Shown in pieces: positions 37,101 through 47,692 of a stretch of 64,000 nt of DNA. Each line of letters opens with the position of its first letter. Within the stretch, counting starts at the first letter, position 1. The position numbers and the translations under genes are program-made. The notes below the pieces were generated by a model that saw nothing but the letters and a program-made list of their open reading frames with translations, had not been told where the DNA came from and did no database searches. Origin of the DNA: Macrostomum lignano (Eukaryota); the NCBI GenBank assembly GCA_002269645.1, contig NIVC01003129.1:10390-74389 (forward strand), given 5' to 3'.

Positions 37101-39221
37101 GGCGTATCCGCCCACTAAAGCTTTACGGGGTGGAAATTCCATCCTGCAAGCAAACCAAGTGTCTCGGCGTTACGCTGGACCACCGGCTGAGCTGGTCCAC
37201 CCACGTCCAGGCCAAAACCAAAAAAGCCCTCGCGATTCTTGCGCAGCTGCGCAGAGCCGTCGGCACCACCTGGGGCCTCACCCCAAAGCGTCTCTGGTGG
37301 ATCTATACCGCAATGGTCCGACCGGCCGTTACATACGCCGGCCTGGTCTGGACCAGCGCCTTGCAGATTAAAACCTGCCACGAAGCCCTCAAAAAGGTGC
37401 AGGGACGTGCGTGCCGCATGATCCTGAATGCCCCGCTCTCTGCTCCCTTTGACGGCCTCAACGCCTTTCTCTGCCTCCCGCCTCTGGACATCTTTGTCCG
37501 TCGCGAGGCTGCTAAAACCACCCGCCGGCTCATCGAGGCTGGTGTTAGCTTCAAGCCACAAAGAGCGATGGCGAAGCGCAAGCTCCTGCCGCACTCTGAC
37601 CTGTGCCTTAAAGTTCTGGAGGAGAGTGGGAGTGCGGCTGTCCTTTCGGACGCTGAACCGCGCTCCCTCAACCTCTACCAACGCTTCAAGGTCACGATCC
37701 CCTCCAGGGAGAACGCCAACGACAGCTGGGCCCCTCAGGAGGTTCACTGCTTCACTGACGGATCCTCCAAAGACGGTTTATCCGGCTTTGGAGTCTGCAT
37801 CCTTATCAACGGCCGCGTGATTGCTACTCACGCCCAACACACTGGCAGACTCTCCAGCGTCTTCCAGAATGAAGTCCTTGCCATCAGCTCCTGTGCAGCT
37901 GAGCTCCACCGCAAGGACTTCAAGGACAGAAGAATCTTCTTCCACTCTGACAGCCAGGCCGCTTTACAGGCCCTGTGTCACACCACTACGAACTCCCGAA
38001 CAGTCCGCGACTGTATCGGGCAGCTCAACAAGCTGGCTCGGAGGAACACCGTCCGGCTCACGTGGATCCCAGGACACGCCGGCTTCAAAGGTAACGAGCT
38101 CGCCGACTCCCTCGCTAAGGCGGGCTGTTCCGGCTCGCCCCTTGGCCCCGTGCCCCTGGCCCCCATCCCCGCCACAGTCATTAATCGTCAGATTAACGAC
38201 TGGGCGGACATCCTGCACTTGCGCAGATGGGATGGTATCTCCAACTGCCGCCAATCTCGTGCGGCAGTGCCCAATCCGTCCCTCAAGCTGCGGAGAATCC
38301 TTTTGAATCAAAATCGAAAAGATATCCGCGCTCTCACTATGACCTTCACAGGTCACGGTTGCTTTGCCAGGCACTGCTTCCTCCGATGTGTTCGCCGGAG
38401 TGAACTCTGCCCCTTCTGCAGCCTCGAGAATGAAGATGCCATGCACTTCGTCTGCTACTGCCCGGCCTTCAACCGAGACCGGCTCAACCACCTCGGGCCC
38501 AACCCGTCCCTGGACGACGTTTGCCGGCCCGAGAACATCCCACGGCTCATCCGGTTCCTCCGGGCCACCAAGCGAGCCTCCGTCTTCCCCACCGAAGACA
38601 ACGCTGCAGACAGGACCGGCAGACCTCCCTGACCGGCCCCGCGCCCTAGCCTATGCGGGTCTTTCAGGGATTAGCGGAATGGGCGACGCTCGCCTCCCCG
38701 CTGCGTCTTCGGACCGCCCTGCAGCTAAGTCAAGTAAGTCAAGGGGGTTAATAAGGCCCCAGGCACACAAGAACACAGCGGGAGAGGAGGGGTGGGGGTT
38801 AATAAGGCCCCAGGCACACAAGAACACAGTGGCAGTGGGAAACAAGAAACCGCGCTATTAATGCAAAGCTTCCAAAGAACCCCGCTCTTACCACCCTGGC
38901 AGGCAGGATACGGAGCTGCTGCCCAAGTGCTACCAGCCGCACGGTCTATCAACCCGAGGAGTTTGCCTGTGCACCGAGTGCTCCAACGACCTGCACTGCC
39001 ACCGCCAGTCCCGCTGTCCGCACTCGCTGACAGGCCAGTGCGTCAGCGAGCATTCAGTGAAGACCTGCCGCTGCGGGCAATTCCGCCATGACTACAGCAA
39101 GATGGGAGATAGCGGCAGCAGAGAGCGATCCAGTGTTGACTGGAACTCCCTGTTGGACTATTTGATCTGTCGCAACATTTTGCTGCGCAGGTTGCTGTCT
39201 GATTCCGTGCAGTGTAGCTGA
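34113..39221 (+). CDS. Secreted cysteine-rich protein (~205 aa) with two 6-Cys repeats; exons 34113-34411 and 38903-39221
   Basis: Signal-like MHGFGYLLVMLGSLSIVLQLLAAFGSA. Phase-2 intron AA|GTGAGT ... ccctggcag|G gives ...HLCNTNLDCLAMHGGCSHDQYIGDSEAKQDTELLPKCYQPHGLSTRGVCLCTECSNDLHCHRQSRCPHSLTGQCVSEHSVKTCRCGQF...QCS*. Confidence 0.7.
34455..35266. repeat. Minisatellite, ~51-bp unit (GGGAGAGGAGGGGTGGGGGTTAATAAGGCCCCAGGCACACAAGAACACAGC); resumes at 38743-38830 after the LINE
   Basis: Direct reading. Confidence 0.93.
35267..38742 (+). mobile_element. 5'-truncated non-LTR retrotransposon (RNase H-containing, LOA/R1-like group); ORF 35282-38632: partial AP endonuclease, RT, RNase H, CCHC
   Basis: GDINAHH..W and SDH (endonuclease); PQGGVLSP and YADD (RT); FTDGS, NEVLAI, SDSQAAL, WIPGH..GNELAD (RNase H); CPFC-x8-H-x4-C. 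Candidate 11-bp TSD GGGGGTTAATA at 35256-35266 and 38743-38753; tail TAAGTCAAGTAAGTCAA. Clade assignment is tentative. Confidence 0.93.
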
Positions 39222-39479
39222 ATGTGTTAGTAAATTTATAATGAAGATTGCTAAACTCACTCATTTTCAAAGTTCTAATATACATGAAATTTGACGAAGG
39301 GACATTTTTATGGCTTTTTTAATTTATCCGCCTAACAGAGAGCATGCGGAGCTTTTTTCAACATTATAACAACCAAGGAAGAGACAGAAAGCTAATTCTG
39401 GAGACCAACCATTCTACTCTGCACTCCAGTAGTCTGCAGCGCTTTTGTGACTATAATTCAAGGAAGGAGTAGACTGAAT

Positions 39480-39995
39480 GAGAAAGGATTCGAATGGATG
39501 AGATCTAGAAGGGAGTAGAATGGATGAGAAGAGATCAGAATGGATGAGAAGAGATCAGAATGGATGAGAATGGAGTAGAATGGATTAAAAGAGATCAGAA
39601 TGGATGAGAAGGGAGTAGAATGGATTAGAAGAGATCAGAATGGATGAGAAGGGAGTAGAATGGATTTGAATGAGTAGACTGGATGTGAATTGAGTAGACT
39701 GGATGTGAATTGAGTAGAATGGATTTTCATGGAGTAGACTGGATGTGAATTGAGTAGAATGGATTTTCATGGAGTAGACTGGATGTGAATGGAGTAGACT
39801 GGTTTTGAATGGAGTAAACTGGATGTGAATGCAGTAGACTGGTTGTGAATGGAGTAGACTGGATGTGAATGGAGTAGACTGGTTGTGAATGGAGTAGACT
39901 GGATGTGAATGGAGTAGACTGGTTGTGAATGGAGTAGACTGGATGTGAATGGAGTAGACTGGATGTGAATGGAGTAGAATGGATGAAAAGGGAGT
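39480..39995. repeat. Degenerate GAATGG-based tandem repeat (20-bp GAATGGAGTAGACTGGATGT-like)
   Basis: Direct reading. Confidence 0.9.
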
Positions 39996-40167
39996 AGAAA
40001 GTCTGAATGTCCCAAATGATTTTTTAGCTGTCATAACGCAAGCACTGCTTTCATTCAGTGTAGAATAGGTACAGAGGATAAGCACACATCGCCGCGGTGT
40101 TTGATTTGTATTGTATTTACCATAACACAGCTTACACAAATAAAATAGTAAATGAACACTGCTTGGG

Positions 40168-40413
40168 TCACCAGAAGCAGCCGGTGCAGCAATACTTCTT
40201 GCTGGCCGGCTCCAGATGGCAGGGCTGGCTCCAGCCGTCAGGGCAGGCGGTCTCGCAGTCCTCCATTGTCGGCCTGCAGACCTGCGTGTAGATGCAGGAG
40301 AAGGTCAGCCTGCTGGGCTGCTTTGACTTTTCTTGCTGCTGCTTCTGCTGGTCAGCGGAAGAGACCAGGCTGCCAATGACAAACAGATAGGCCATAATTC
40401 TGCACATTTCCAT
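40168..40413 (-). CDS. Small secreted Cys-rich peptide (81 aa, 8 Cys in the mature part)
   Basis: MEMCRIMAYLFVIGSLVSSA signal-like segment, polar spacer, then CIYTQVCRPTMEDCETACPDGWSQPCHLEPASKKYCCTGCFW. Confidence 0.55.
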   Translation of the reverse strand: MEMCRIMAYLFVIGSLVSSADQQKQQQEKSKQPSRLTFSCIYTQVCRPTMEDCETACPDGWSQPCHLEPASKKYCCTGCFW

Positions 40414-40584
40414 GCTGATGAGAATTCTGCCCCAGAGCTGAGGGATATTCTATAGGTGTTGGCGTATAGACCGTTTTTGAAACTTTGCCATAGATGATTC
40501 TCGGCAGGACGGACGGGTGCCCAGGGTGAGAGCAAAACACTCAGGTGTTCCTAAGACTATGTATCAGTATATACCGTTTATTCA

Positions 40585-41945
40585 CAGATTGTTTTCCTTG
40601 AGATTGCCTTGAGATTGCCTTTATATTGCCTTTATATTGCCTTGAGATTGCCTTTATATTGCCTTTATATTGCCTTGAGATTGCCTTGAGATTGCCTTTA
40701 AATTGCTTTGAGATTGCCTTGAGATTGCCTTGAGATTGTCTTAAGATTGCCAGGGCGTCTTGAGGTTGTGTGTCTGGACTTCTTGAGGTTGTGTGTCTGG
40801 ACTTCTTGAGGTTGTGTGTCTGGACTTCTTGAGGTTGTGTGTCTGGACTTCTTGAGGTTGTGTGTCTGGACTTCTTGAGGTTGTGTGCCTGGACTTCTTG
40901 AGGTTGTGTGCCTGGACTTCTTGAGGTTGTGTGCCTGGACTTCTTGAGGTTGTGTGCCTGGATGTCTTGAGGTTGTGTGCCTGGGCGTCTTGAGGTTGTG
41001 TGCCAGGATGTCTTGAGGTTGTGTGTCTGGACTTCTTGAGGTTGTGTGCCTGGACGTCTTGAGGTTGTGTGTCTGGACTTCTTGAGGTTGTGTGTCTGGA
41101 CTTCTTGAGGTTGTGTGCCTGGACTTCTTGAGGTTGTGTGCCAGGATGTCTTGAGGTTGTGTGTCTGGACTTCTTGAGGTTGTGTGTCTGGACTTCTTGA
41201 GGTTGTGTGCCTGGACTTCTTGAGGTTGTGTGCCTGGACTTCTTGAGGTTGTGTGCCAGGATGTCTTGAGGTTGTGTGCCTGGGCGTCTTGAGGTTGTGT
41301 GCCAGGATGTCTTGAGGTTGTGTGTCTGGACTTCTTGAGGTTGTGTGTCTGGACGTCTTGAGGTTGTGTGTCTGGGCGTCTTGAGGTTGTGTGCCAGGAT
41401 GTCTTGAGGTTGTGTGTCTGGACTTCTTGAGGTTGTGTGCCTGGACTTCTTGAGGTTGTGTGCCTGGACTTCTTGAGGTTGTGTGCCAGGATGTCTTGAG
41501 GTTGTGTGCCTGGGCGTCTTGAGGTTGTGTGCCAGGATGTCTTGAGGTTGTGTGTCTGGACTTCTTGAGGTTGTGTGTCTGGACGTCTTGAGGTTGTGTG
41601 TCTGGGCGTCTTGAGGTTGTGTGCCAGGATGTCTTGAGGTTGTGTGTCTGGACTTCTTGAGGTTGTGTGCCTGGACGTCTTGAGGTTGTGTGCCAGGATG
41701 TCTTGAGGTTGTGTGTCTGGACTTCTTGAGGTTGTGTGCCTGGACTTCTTGAGGTTGTGTGCCAGGACGTCTTGAGGTTGTGTGCCAGGATGTCTTGAGG
41801 TTGTGTGCCAGGATGTCTTGAGGTTGTGTGCCAGGATGTCTTGAGGTTGTGTGCCAGGATGTCTTGTGGTTGTGTGCCTGGGTGTCTTGTGGTTGTGTGC
41901 CTGGGCGTCTTATGCCTTTCATCCGTCCGTGTGTCTTGAGGTTGT
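40585..41945. repeat. GAGATTGCCTT repeat (40585-40750) followed by a 23-bp minisatellite (GGACTTCTTGAGGTTGTGTGTCT)
   Basis: Direct reading; explains ORFs 40541-42031 and 40741-41922. Confidence 0.95.
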
Positions 41946-42687
41946 GTGTCTTTGTGATTTAAAGTTGCGTTCTCGAGTATCTGGAGACATTGTGTCTCGT
42001 GTCCTGAGGTTGGAGATTGATGGGGTTCCAAAATATTCCTTCTCTCGTAAGACAGTTTCGGCGTTGCTTCGGTTTTGAGAAATTATGAGTATTTTTCCTA
42101 TATTTTTTGCGCTCCAGGTGAATAATAAAAAATATCCCAAGGCGAGAGACGGTGCCCATCAATTAAACAAATTGGCATCGCTCGGCCCAATCAATAACAG
42201 CCAAGCAACTAATGCCAATTAATTATTAAAGAGAGCTGCAGCCCCCCTCATTCCACGGCTCATTGTTGTCCAGTTTGGGAAAAACTCAACTCAGCTTTGG
42301 CAGAAATAATTGGTTTTTCAGCAGCTGGAAAAGCTGGAAAAGTCTCTGAAAGCAAATCTGCTGGCTGCCTCTCAGTTCTATAATATTTATAAATAAATAT
42401 AATAAATGTATAAATGTATAAATATAATAAATATTTATATATATTTATAACAACATAATGCTTTATTAGAATGCATACTTTTAGCTCGTACTTATTATGA
42501 AATACGAGGCAGCGACGAAAAGTTTTAAGGAACAGCGCTTCTGGATTGGAAATTCTACGAGTTATGGATTTGTTTTTTCAATAGTCCAAACACAAACATC
42601 CAGAAGCAAAAGGACTGCGAGCACCCCGACGGAACGCCTTCGGAGACATTGTCCCCCTACCACAACCAGAGCTGAGGCAACTCTGCC

Positions 42688-43000
42688 CAGGGGCCCGTGC
42701 TATAGAATACTCTTAACTCCTAAATCCTTAAGAGTGTCCTAACTCCTAGCTCCTAGCTGGCTTTTCTGTGCTATAGAATCAATAGTAAATTTTAAGAGCT
42801 AGGAGGCTCCTTAAGGACGCTACGAGACTCCTGGGTGAATTTAGGAGAACTCATTGAGGTCCGTGGCATGCTATAGAATTCAATCCTTAAGGACCGTAAA
42901 GTTAGGATTGTGATATAGCACACAATTCTCTATCATCCTGAAACGATTGCGCAACACTCCTCCTAACTCCTAACTCCTGATTCTATAGCACGGGTCCCTG
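42688..43000. mobile_element. MITE with 21-bp terminal inverted repeats
   Basis: caggggcccgtgctatagaat (42688-42708) vs attctatagcacgggtccctg (42980-43000), one mismatch; internal repeats of gctatagaat. Confidence 0.8.
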
Positions 43001-43014
43001 CCCATTCCGTTGAC

Positions 43015-43730
43015 CCCTGAGCACATACAAGCGCAGACATACGCACAGGCACACACTGCCACAGGAGTGGCGCTAATTTTATTTATCGTTAGGCATGTAC
43101 GCTTTACTGTGCATTGGGGGTTGGCCTTCAAGGGCGTTGATTGCGCGAACAGAGCCAAACCGGCCTGGGCCGCTGGTACATCAAAGTGCCGCGCTAGACC
43201 ACTGGGCTACGCCCCCCCCACACCAATACTTTGCGCACGAATATGCACTCATACACACGCTCACGCAGGGTGTACAGCGGCCCTGGCTTTCTAATCGTCA
43301 GCATGTACGGCATGTACACTCTCTGGTGTGGGGGCTGGCTCTCATGGGTGTGAATCGCCATGTACACTCTCTGGTGTGGGGGCTGGCTCTCATGGGTGTG
43401 AATCGCCATGTACACTCTCTGGTGTGGGGGCTGGCTCTCATGGGTGTGAATCGCCATGTACACTCTCTGATGTGGGAGCTGGCTCTCACGGGTGTGAATT
43501 GCCATGTACACTCTCTGGTGTGGGGGCTGGCTCTCATGGGTGTGAATCGCCATGTACACTCTCTGGTGTGGGGGCTGGCTCTCATGGGTGTGAATCGCCA
43601 TGTACACTCTCTGGTGTGGGGGCTGGCTCTCATGGGTGTGAATCGCACGACAACGCCCCAACCAATTTTCGTGCGCAAGCTCCAAATGAATGCGGCATGC
43701 ACGGATTCAACCGTGGCGCAAGAGTCAGAC
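43015..43730 (-). mobile_element. Two adjacent copies of a tRNA-derived SINE family; the second carries a 48-bp x7 internal minisatellite (43310-43645)
   Basis: A-box TAGCCCAGTGG (~43210, minus strand), B-box-like GGTTGAATCC (~43712); core ACGATTAGAAAGCCAGGGCCGCTGTACACCCTG shared with ~675-712, ~15315-15340 and ~54870-54915. Confidence 0.65.
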
Positions 43731-44480
43731 AATTTTAACCATGAGCTGCTTTGACATCCTTAGCAGCAAAATTTTGACGGAATAAACGCTGGAAGCCAAA
43801 CACGGTTGACTGACTGGATTGTGTAGCTGAATATGAATCAATATTTGCTAAACTGTCTCTCTAGCAGAACAATGGAGCGAATTCGTGAAAGCTGTGGAGT
43901 TTTACCAAGCTCTCAAAGCAAGCTTTGTGTGTCCCGTCAAGGTTGGGTGCACGGGGGGCTGCTGCTGACGTTGCAGGCTCCCTAACGGCGAGGACAATAG
44001 AGGACTTATCGTTTTGTCGATGACCTGCCGGCTGTCGCTGATGACGACGCAATGCTGCTCGTCAGAGGTGACTGACGGCATACTTTTATTGCTGCTGTCA
44101 AGCCATGGAAAGCATGCGGAAGACATCCTAACCTTCACCCACGATAAATAAGAAGAAATTTCGCAAACTTCGCACTCTAGTGTTCGGATCGAGCGTTTTG
44201 AACAGAGGCCATAATACTGTCAGTAGTGCTTACATATATTTACTGTAGAGTAATAATAAGCTTTCAACTACGAGCTCTACAGTACGCGAGCATTTACACA
44301 GCAAAACGTACATTTAAATGTAACGTCTGCATTTCCTGTTTCGGTTCAAGATTGTAATATAATTTATCTGTTCGAGGGGATAAATACAAATTCAGGTAAC
44401 TTATTGCACTGAAATACTTTACTGAATTTTTTAACTAAAATTAAGTAACATAGTTCACGCAATAAGGCAAAGCATTCTAA

Positions 44481-46025
44481 TTACTTTCGGCGTGAACGCC
44501 TCCTCAGGGTTGGAGCTCCGGGACTTCGCCTGCGGCACAGCCACATGGCCGAGCCAAGCATGCTGCCCAGCTGGCTCACGGTGCGGTCCAGCCTGGCCGT
44601 GATAGACCGCAGCTGCCATTGCGTTGGCTGAGCTTCGAGCTTCAAGTTCAGATTACTCTGGTTGCGCGCCGGGCCCCGAGTGGCTTCTGGCTTCGCCGGC
44701 ACCGGCTGCGAGGTCGGCCTTCGGCCTCGGTCTGAACGGTCCGATCGAGACTTTCTGCGGCTTGCGCTTTCGCCCCCGTTGTGGTCGGCGCTGAAGCTGC
44801 TGCAGCCGTCGCAATCTCGCTCCGACAGGTTCTTCTTGATGGCATCGATGCGGCTCTTCAAGCTGCTGAGAGTTGTCAATAGAACGGCATTCGAGCTGCC
44901 AACCTTCCGCGCTTGAGACCGATCTTCGGTACAGAGCACTCTCTGAAACACGATGTCCTCTCTGATCTTACTCGCTTTGTTTTTCTTATCTGAGTTGCTG
45001 CTCAGTTCCGGGACATCACTGTCGATAGTCGCGCTGCTGTCACTTCTGCTGTACGGAGACGACATGCTGTTGACGTTCTGCTCGACGAACTGCTGGTAGT
45101 TTTTCTTCAATAATATTAGGTCGACGTCAATCAGCGGCTGTTCGTTCCCAGAAGCTTTGGCAGCCGTGTTGGCTTTGAACGGAGCTTGGGTCGCAGGTTT
45201 TGCTGACTCAACAGCTGATTTTGCTGCTAAAGCCTTTGGCGCACTCCCGACTTTGCCAACACAGACAGTGGACGCGAAGCACACCTGCCTGTCAGCCGCA
45301 GCTGCGCATGCAAAACTCCACTCCGACATCGAGTTACTGCGCATAGACGTTGCGTTTAGTTTTTGGTGCGGCCTCGTCTCGAATATCGTCGTCGGACTGC
45401 CGGATGGCGTCTGCATGTTGTGGCACTCTTGATGCAGCGGGATCGACAGGAACCTCTGCTCTCCGAAGCCTATTCGCCGGCTGTCACCGCAGCATCGCAC
45501 TTCGCTGCTAGTTGTGTCCAACTGCATCTCGATGGCGCTCAATGAGCGACACCTACTGGATTTGCGAGCACAGTCTGGCTTAGCGGACCGGTCTTCCCGA
45601 GCCTTGTCCATATCGATGAGGGCTAGCAGAAGTCGGTGAATCTCCCAGAGCTGACGGATAATGGCCGAGCGAAACATGCCAAGCCGTTGGTGCGGCGGTC
45701 GGTGATTTTTGCCGTGAAGACACCGACGATCTCGCTCAGTCCAGGTGGATGTCATCACGGCTGCTGCAGCGTTGCTGGCGTTGTGGCTCCGATGTCGCCT
45801 ACAGAGCAGACAGAAGCTCTGAATAGCAGTCAGGGCCTCCAGCTGCATGTCTGTTAGCCGGGAGAGTTTCCGGGCCCGCACGAGAGCACAGGCCGGTTCC
45901 GTGAGCCAGCAGTTGCAGCATTTGCCGTCTTTCTGGCTGGAGCTTTTGAGTGAGCTGCTTAGCAGTGTTCGACAGTCCGAGACACTGGCGAGCAGCCCAA
46001 GCAGCTGCTGCCACTGCGTCGCCAT
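44481..46025 (-). CDS. Intronless orphan ORF, 514 aa
   Basis: Long non-repetitive ATG-initiated ORF; no recognisable domain. Confidence 0.55.
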   Translation of the reverse strand: MATQWQQLLGLLASVSDCRTLLSSSLKSSSQKDGKCCNCWLTEPACALVRARKLSRLTDMQLEALTAIQSFCLLCRRHRSHNASNAAAAVMTSTWTERDRRCLHGKNHRPPHQRLGMFRSAIIRQLWEIHRLLLALIDMDKAREDRSAKPDCARKSSRCRSLSAIEMQLDTTSSEVRCCGDSRRIGFGEQRFLSIPLHQECHNMQTPSGSPTTIFETRPHQKLNATSMRSNSMSEWSFACAAAADRQVCFASTVCVGKVGSAPKALAAKSAVESAKPATQAPFKANTAAKASGNEQPLIDVDLILLKKNYQQFVEQNVNSMSSPYSRSDSSATIDSDVPELSSNSDKKNKASKIREDIVFQRVLCTEDRSQARKVGSSNAVLLTTLSSLKSRIDAIKKNLSERDCDGCSSFSADHNGGESASRRKSRSDRSDRGRRPTSQPVPAKPEATRGPARNQSNLNLKLEAQPTQWQLRSITARLDRTVSQLGSMLGSAMWLCRRRSPGAPTLRRRSRRK

Positions 46026-46721
46026 GCTTCAAGCAGCAGAGCTTTGCCCAAAGCAAAAACTTTCTCGTGGGGATTTTGTAAAACTGCAGATGCTATTATT
46101 TACAGCTGGGGTCTGCATTGCTCGAATGGAACCATTCCTGCAAAAATTTAGCTTTGCTCCTTACTACTGTGGCTTTAGCAGAGGCAAAAGCTGCAATGTG
46201 ACCATAGAATACGGTCTTTCGTTACGCCAAGGCACTTTTAAGCAAAACAGGATGTTTGCTTAACTATGAATGCTATGGCTATGGAAACCCTTATTACCGA
46301 CATGAATCTGAAGGCACAAAAAATTGGGTAACCTAACACCCAAATAACCAAGCACAACTTGACAGGAAAGAGGAAACCCTTTATATAAACGCGGATGCGC
46401 ATTTTTAAAGCAACCGGAACACCTCAACCCAAGACAAAGGTGGACAAAAAGGATTGGGAAGAGAGAGGGTCAGAGTAGAAAAGGCACGATGACTCGAAGC
46501 ATTCCAAAAAGGTCGATCTCCGCAGTCTGGCATTGAAGATCCCTCAGCCGGAGCAGTTTGTCTCTTCTCGGGAGATCCTCTGGTCAAGGTCGTTGGTGCC
46601 CTGCAGGACAGGCGCTGGTGCCGTTCGGATTCCCTTCATGGTGCTCCATGCTGCTGCTGGTGCTGCCTTCATCGCTCTGACAAGCGTGTGTGAGTTGGCT
46701 TGGTTCTGTGACAAACTGGCC

Positions 46722-47117
46722 TAGTCCAGTCTGGTCTGCAACTCTCGCTTGCAACCGCCATTAAGCAGAGCCATGGCCTAGTCCAGTCTGGTCTGCAACT
46801 CTCGCTTGCAACCGCCATTAAGCAGAGCCATGGCCTAGTCCAGTCTGGTCTGCAACTCTCGCTTGCAACCGCCATTAAGCAGAGCCATGGCCTAGTCCAG
46901 TCTGGTCTGCAACTCTCGCTTGCAACCGCCATTAAGCAGAGCCATGGCCTAGTCCAGTCTGGTCTGCAACTCTCGCTTGCAACCGCCATTAAGCAGAGCC
47001 ATGGCCTAGTCCAGTCTGGTCTGCAACTCTCGCTTGCAACCGCCATTAAGCAGAGCCATGGCCTAGTCCAGTCTGGTCTGCAACTCTCGCTTGCAACCGC
47101 CATTAAGCAGAGCCATG
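46722..47117. repeat. Minisatellite, 57-bp unit, about 7 identical copies
   Basis: TAGTCCAGTCTGGTCTGCAACTCTCGCTTGCAACCGCCATTAAGCAGAGCCATGGCC repeated. Confidence 0.95.
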
Positions 47118-47692
47118 CAGTTGTTGGTGTGGACGGTCGCAAATTCTCAAAGCTGTGCAGCCAGTGTAAATTAGCAGCATCAGCCATTACAGACTAGGCT
47201 GGTCAGGGCAGGTAGTCACGGACAGAGGAGTTAAAACCCCGGCCACGGAGGGGTGTAGGGCGCAGGGCAAAGGCGCTGTGTTAGGGTAGGTGTTTACAAA
47301 CAGTCAGCACACACCGATCGGACACTAAAGCCTTAGTTGGGCACCGTAAAGCGTCACTCGAGCTCGCACATCACTCGCCCTGGGGTCTATATCAACGGCA
47401 CTTCATTTGTTAAAATTTGTCGAATTGTCGAGGTACGAGTTGGGGGATGAAGTTACCAACGTGGAATTATGCAAGGAAAACAGCGAAAGAGCGTCCGGCA
47501 TCAACAAAGTGAAGCCAACGCTCGTGAATACGCTCGCGAATACGCTCGTGAAGCCAACAGTTTGATATATTTTTACAATCAAGAGTTTGTAGAACTTTCA
47601 ACGTTTATTTTGCAATTTCAAGCAAAACTTGTAAACGGAAACGTTAAACTAAGCTGTCAGGTCAGCTGTCATATCTCATCTTGAAGGATCTT

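Noticed and set aside
40541-42031. 496-aa and 393-aa repeat ORFs
   Set aside because: 23-bp minisatellite; no unique coding context.
43902-44138. 78-aa minus-strand ORF
   Set aside because: Short, with no motif or splice support.
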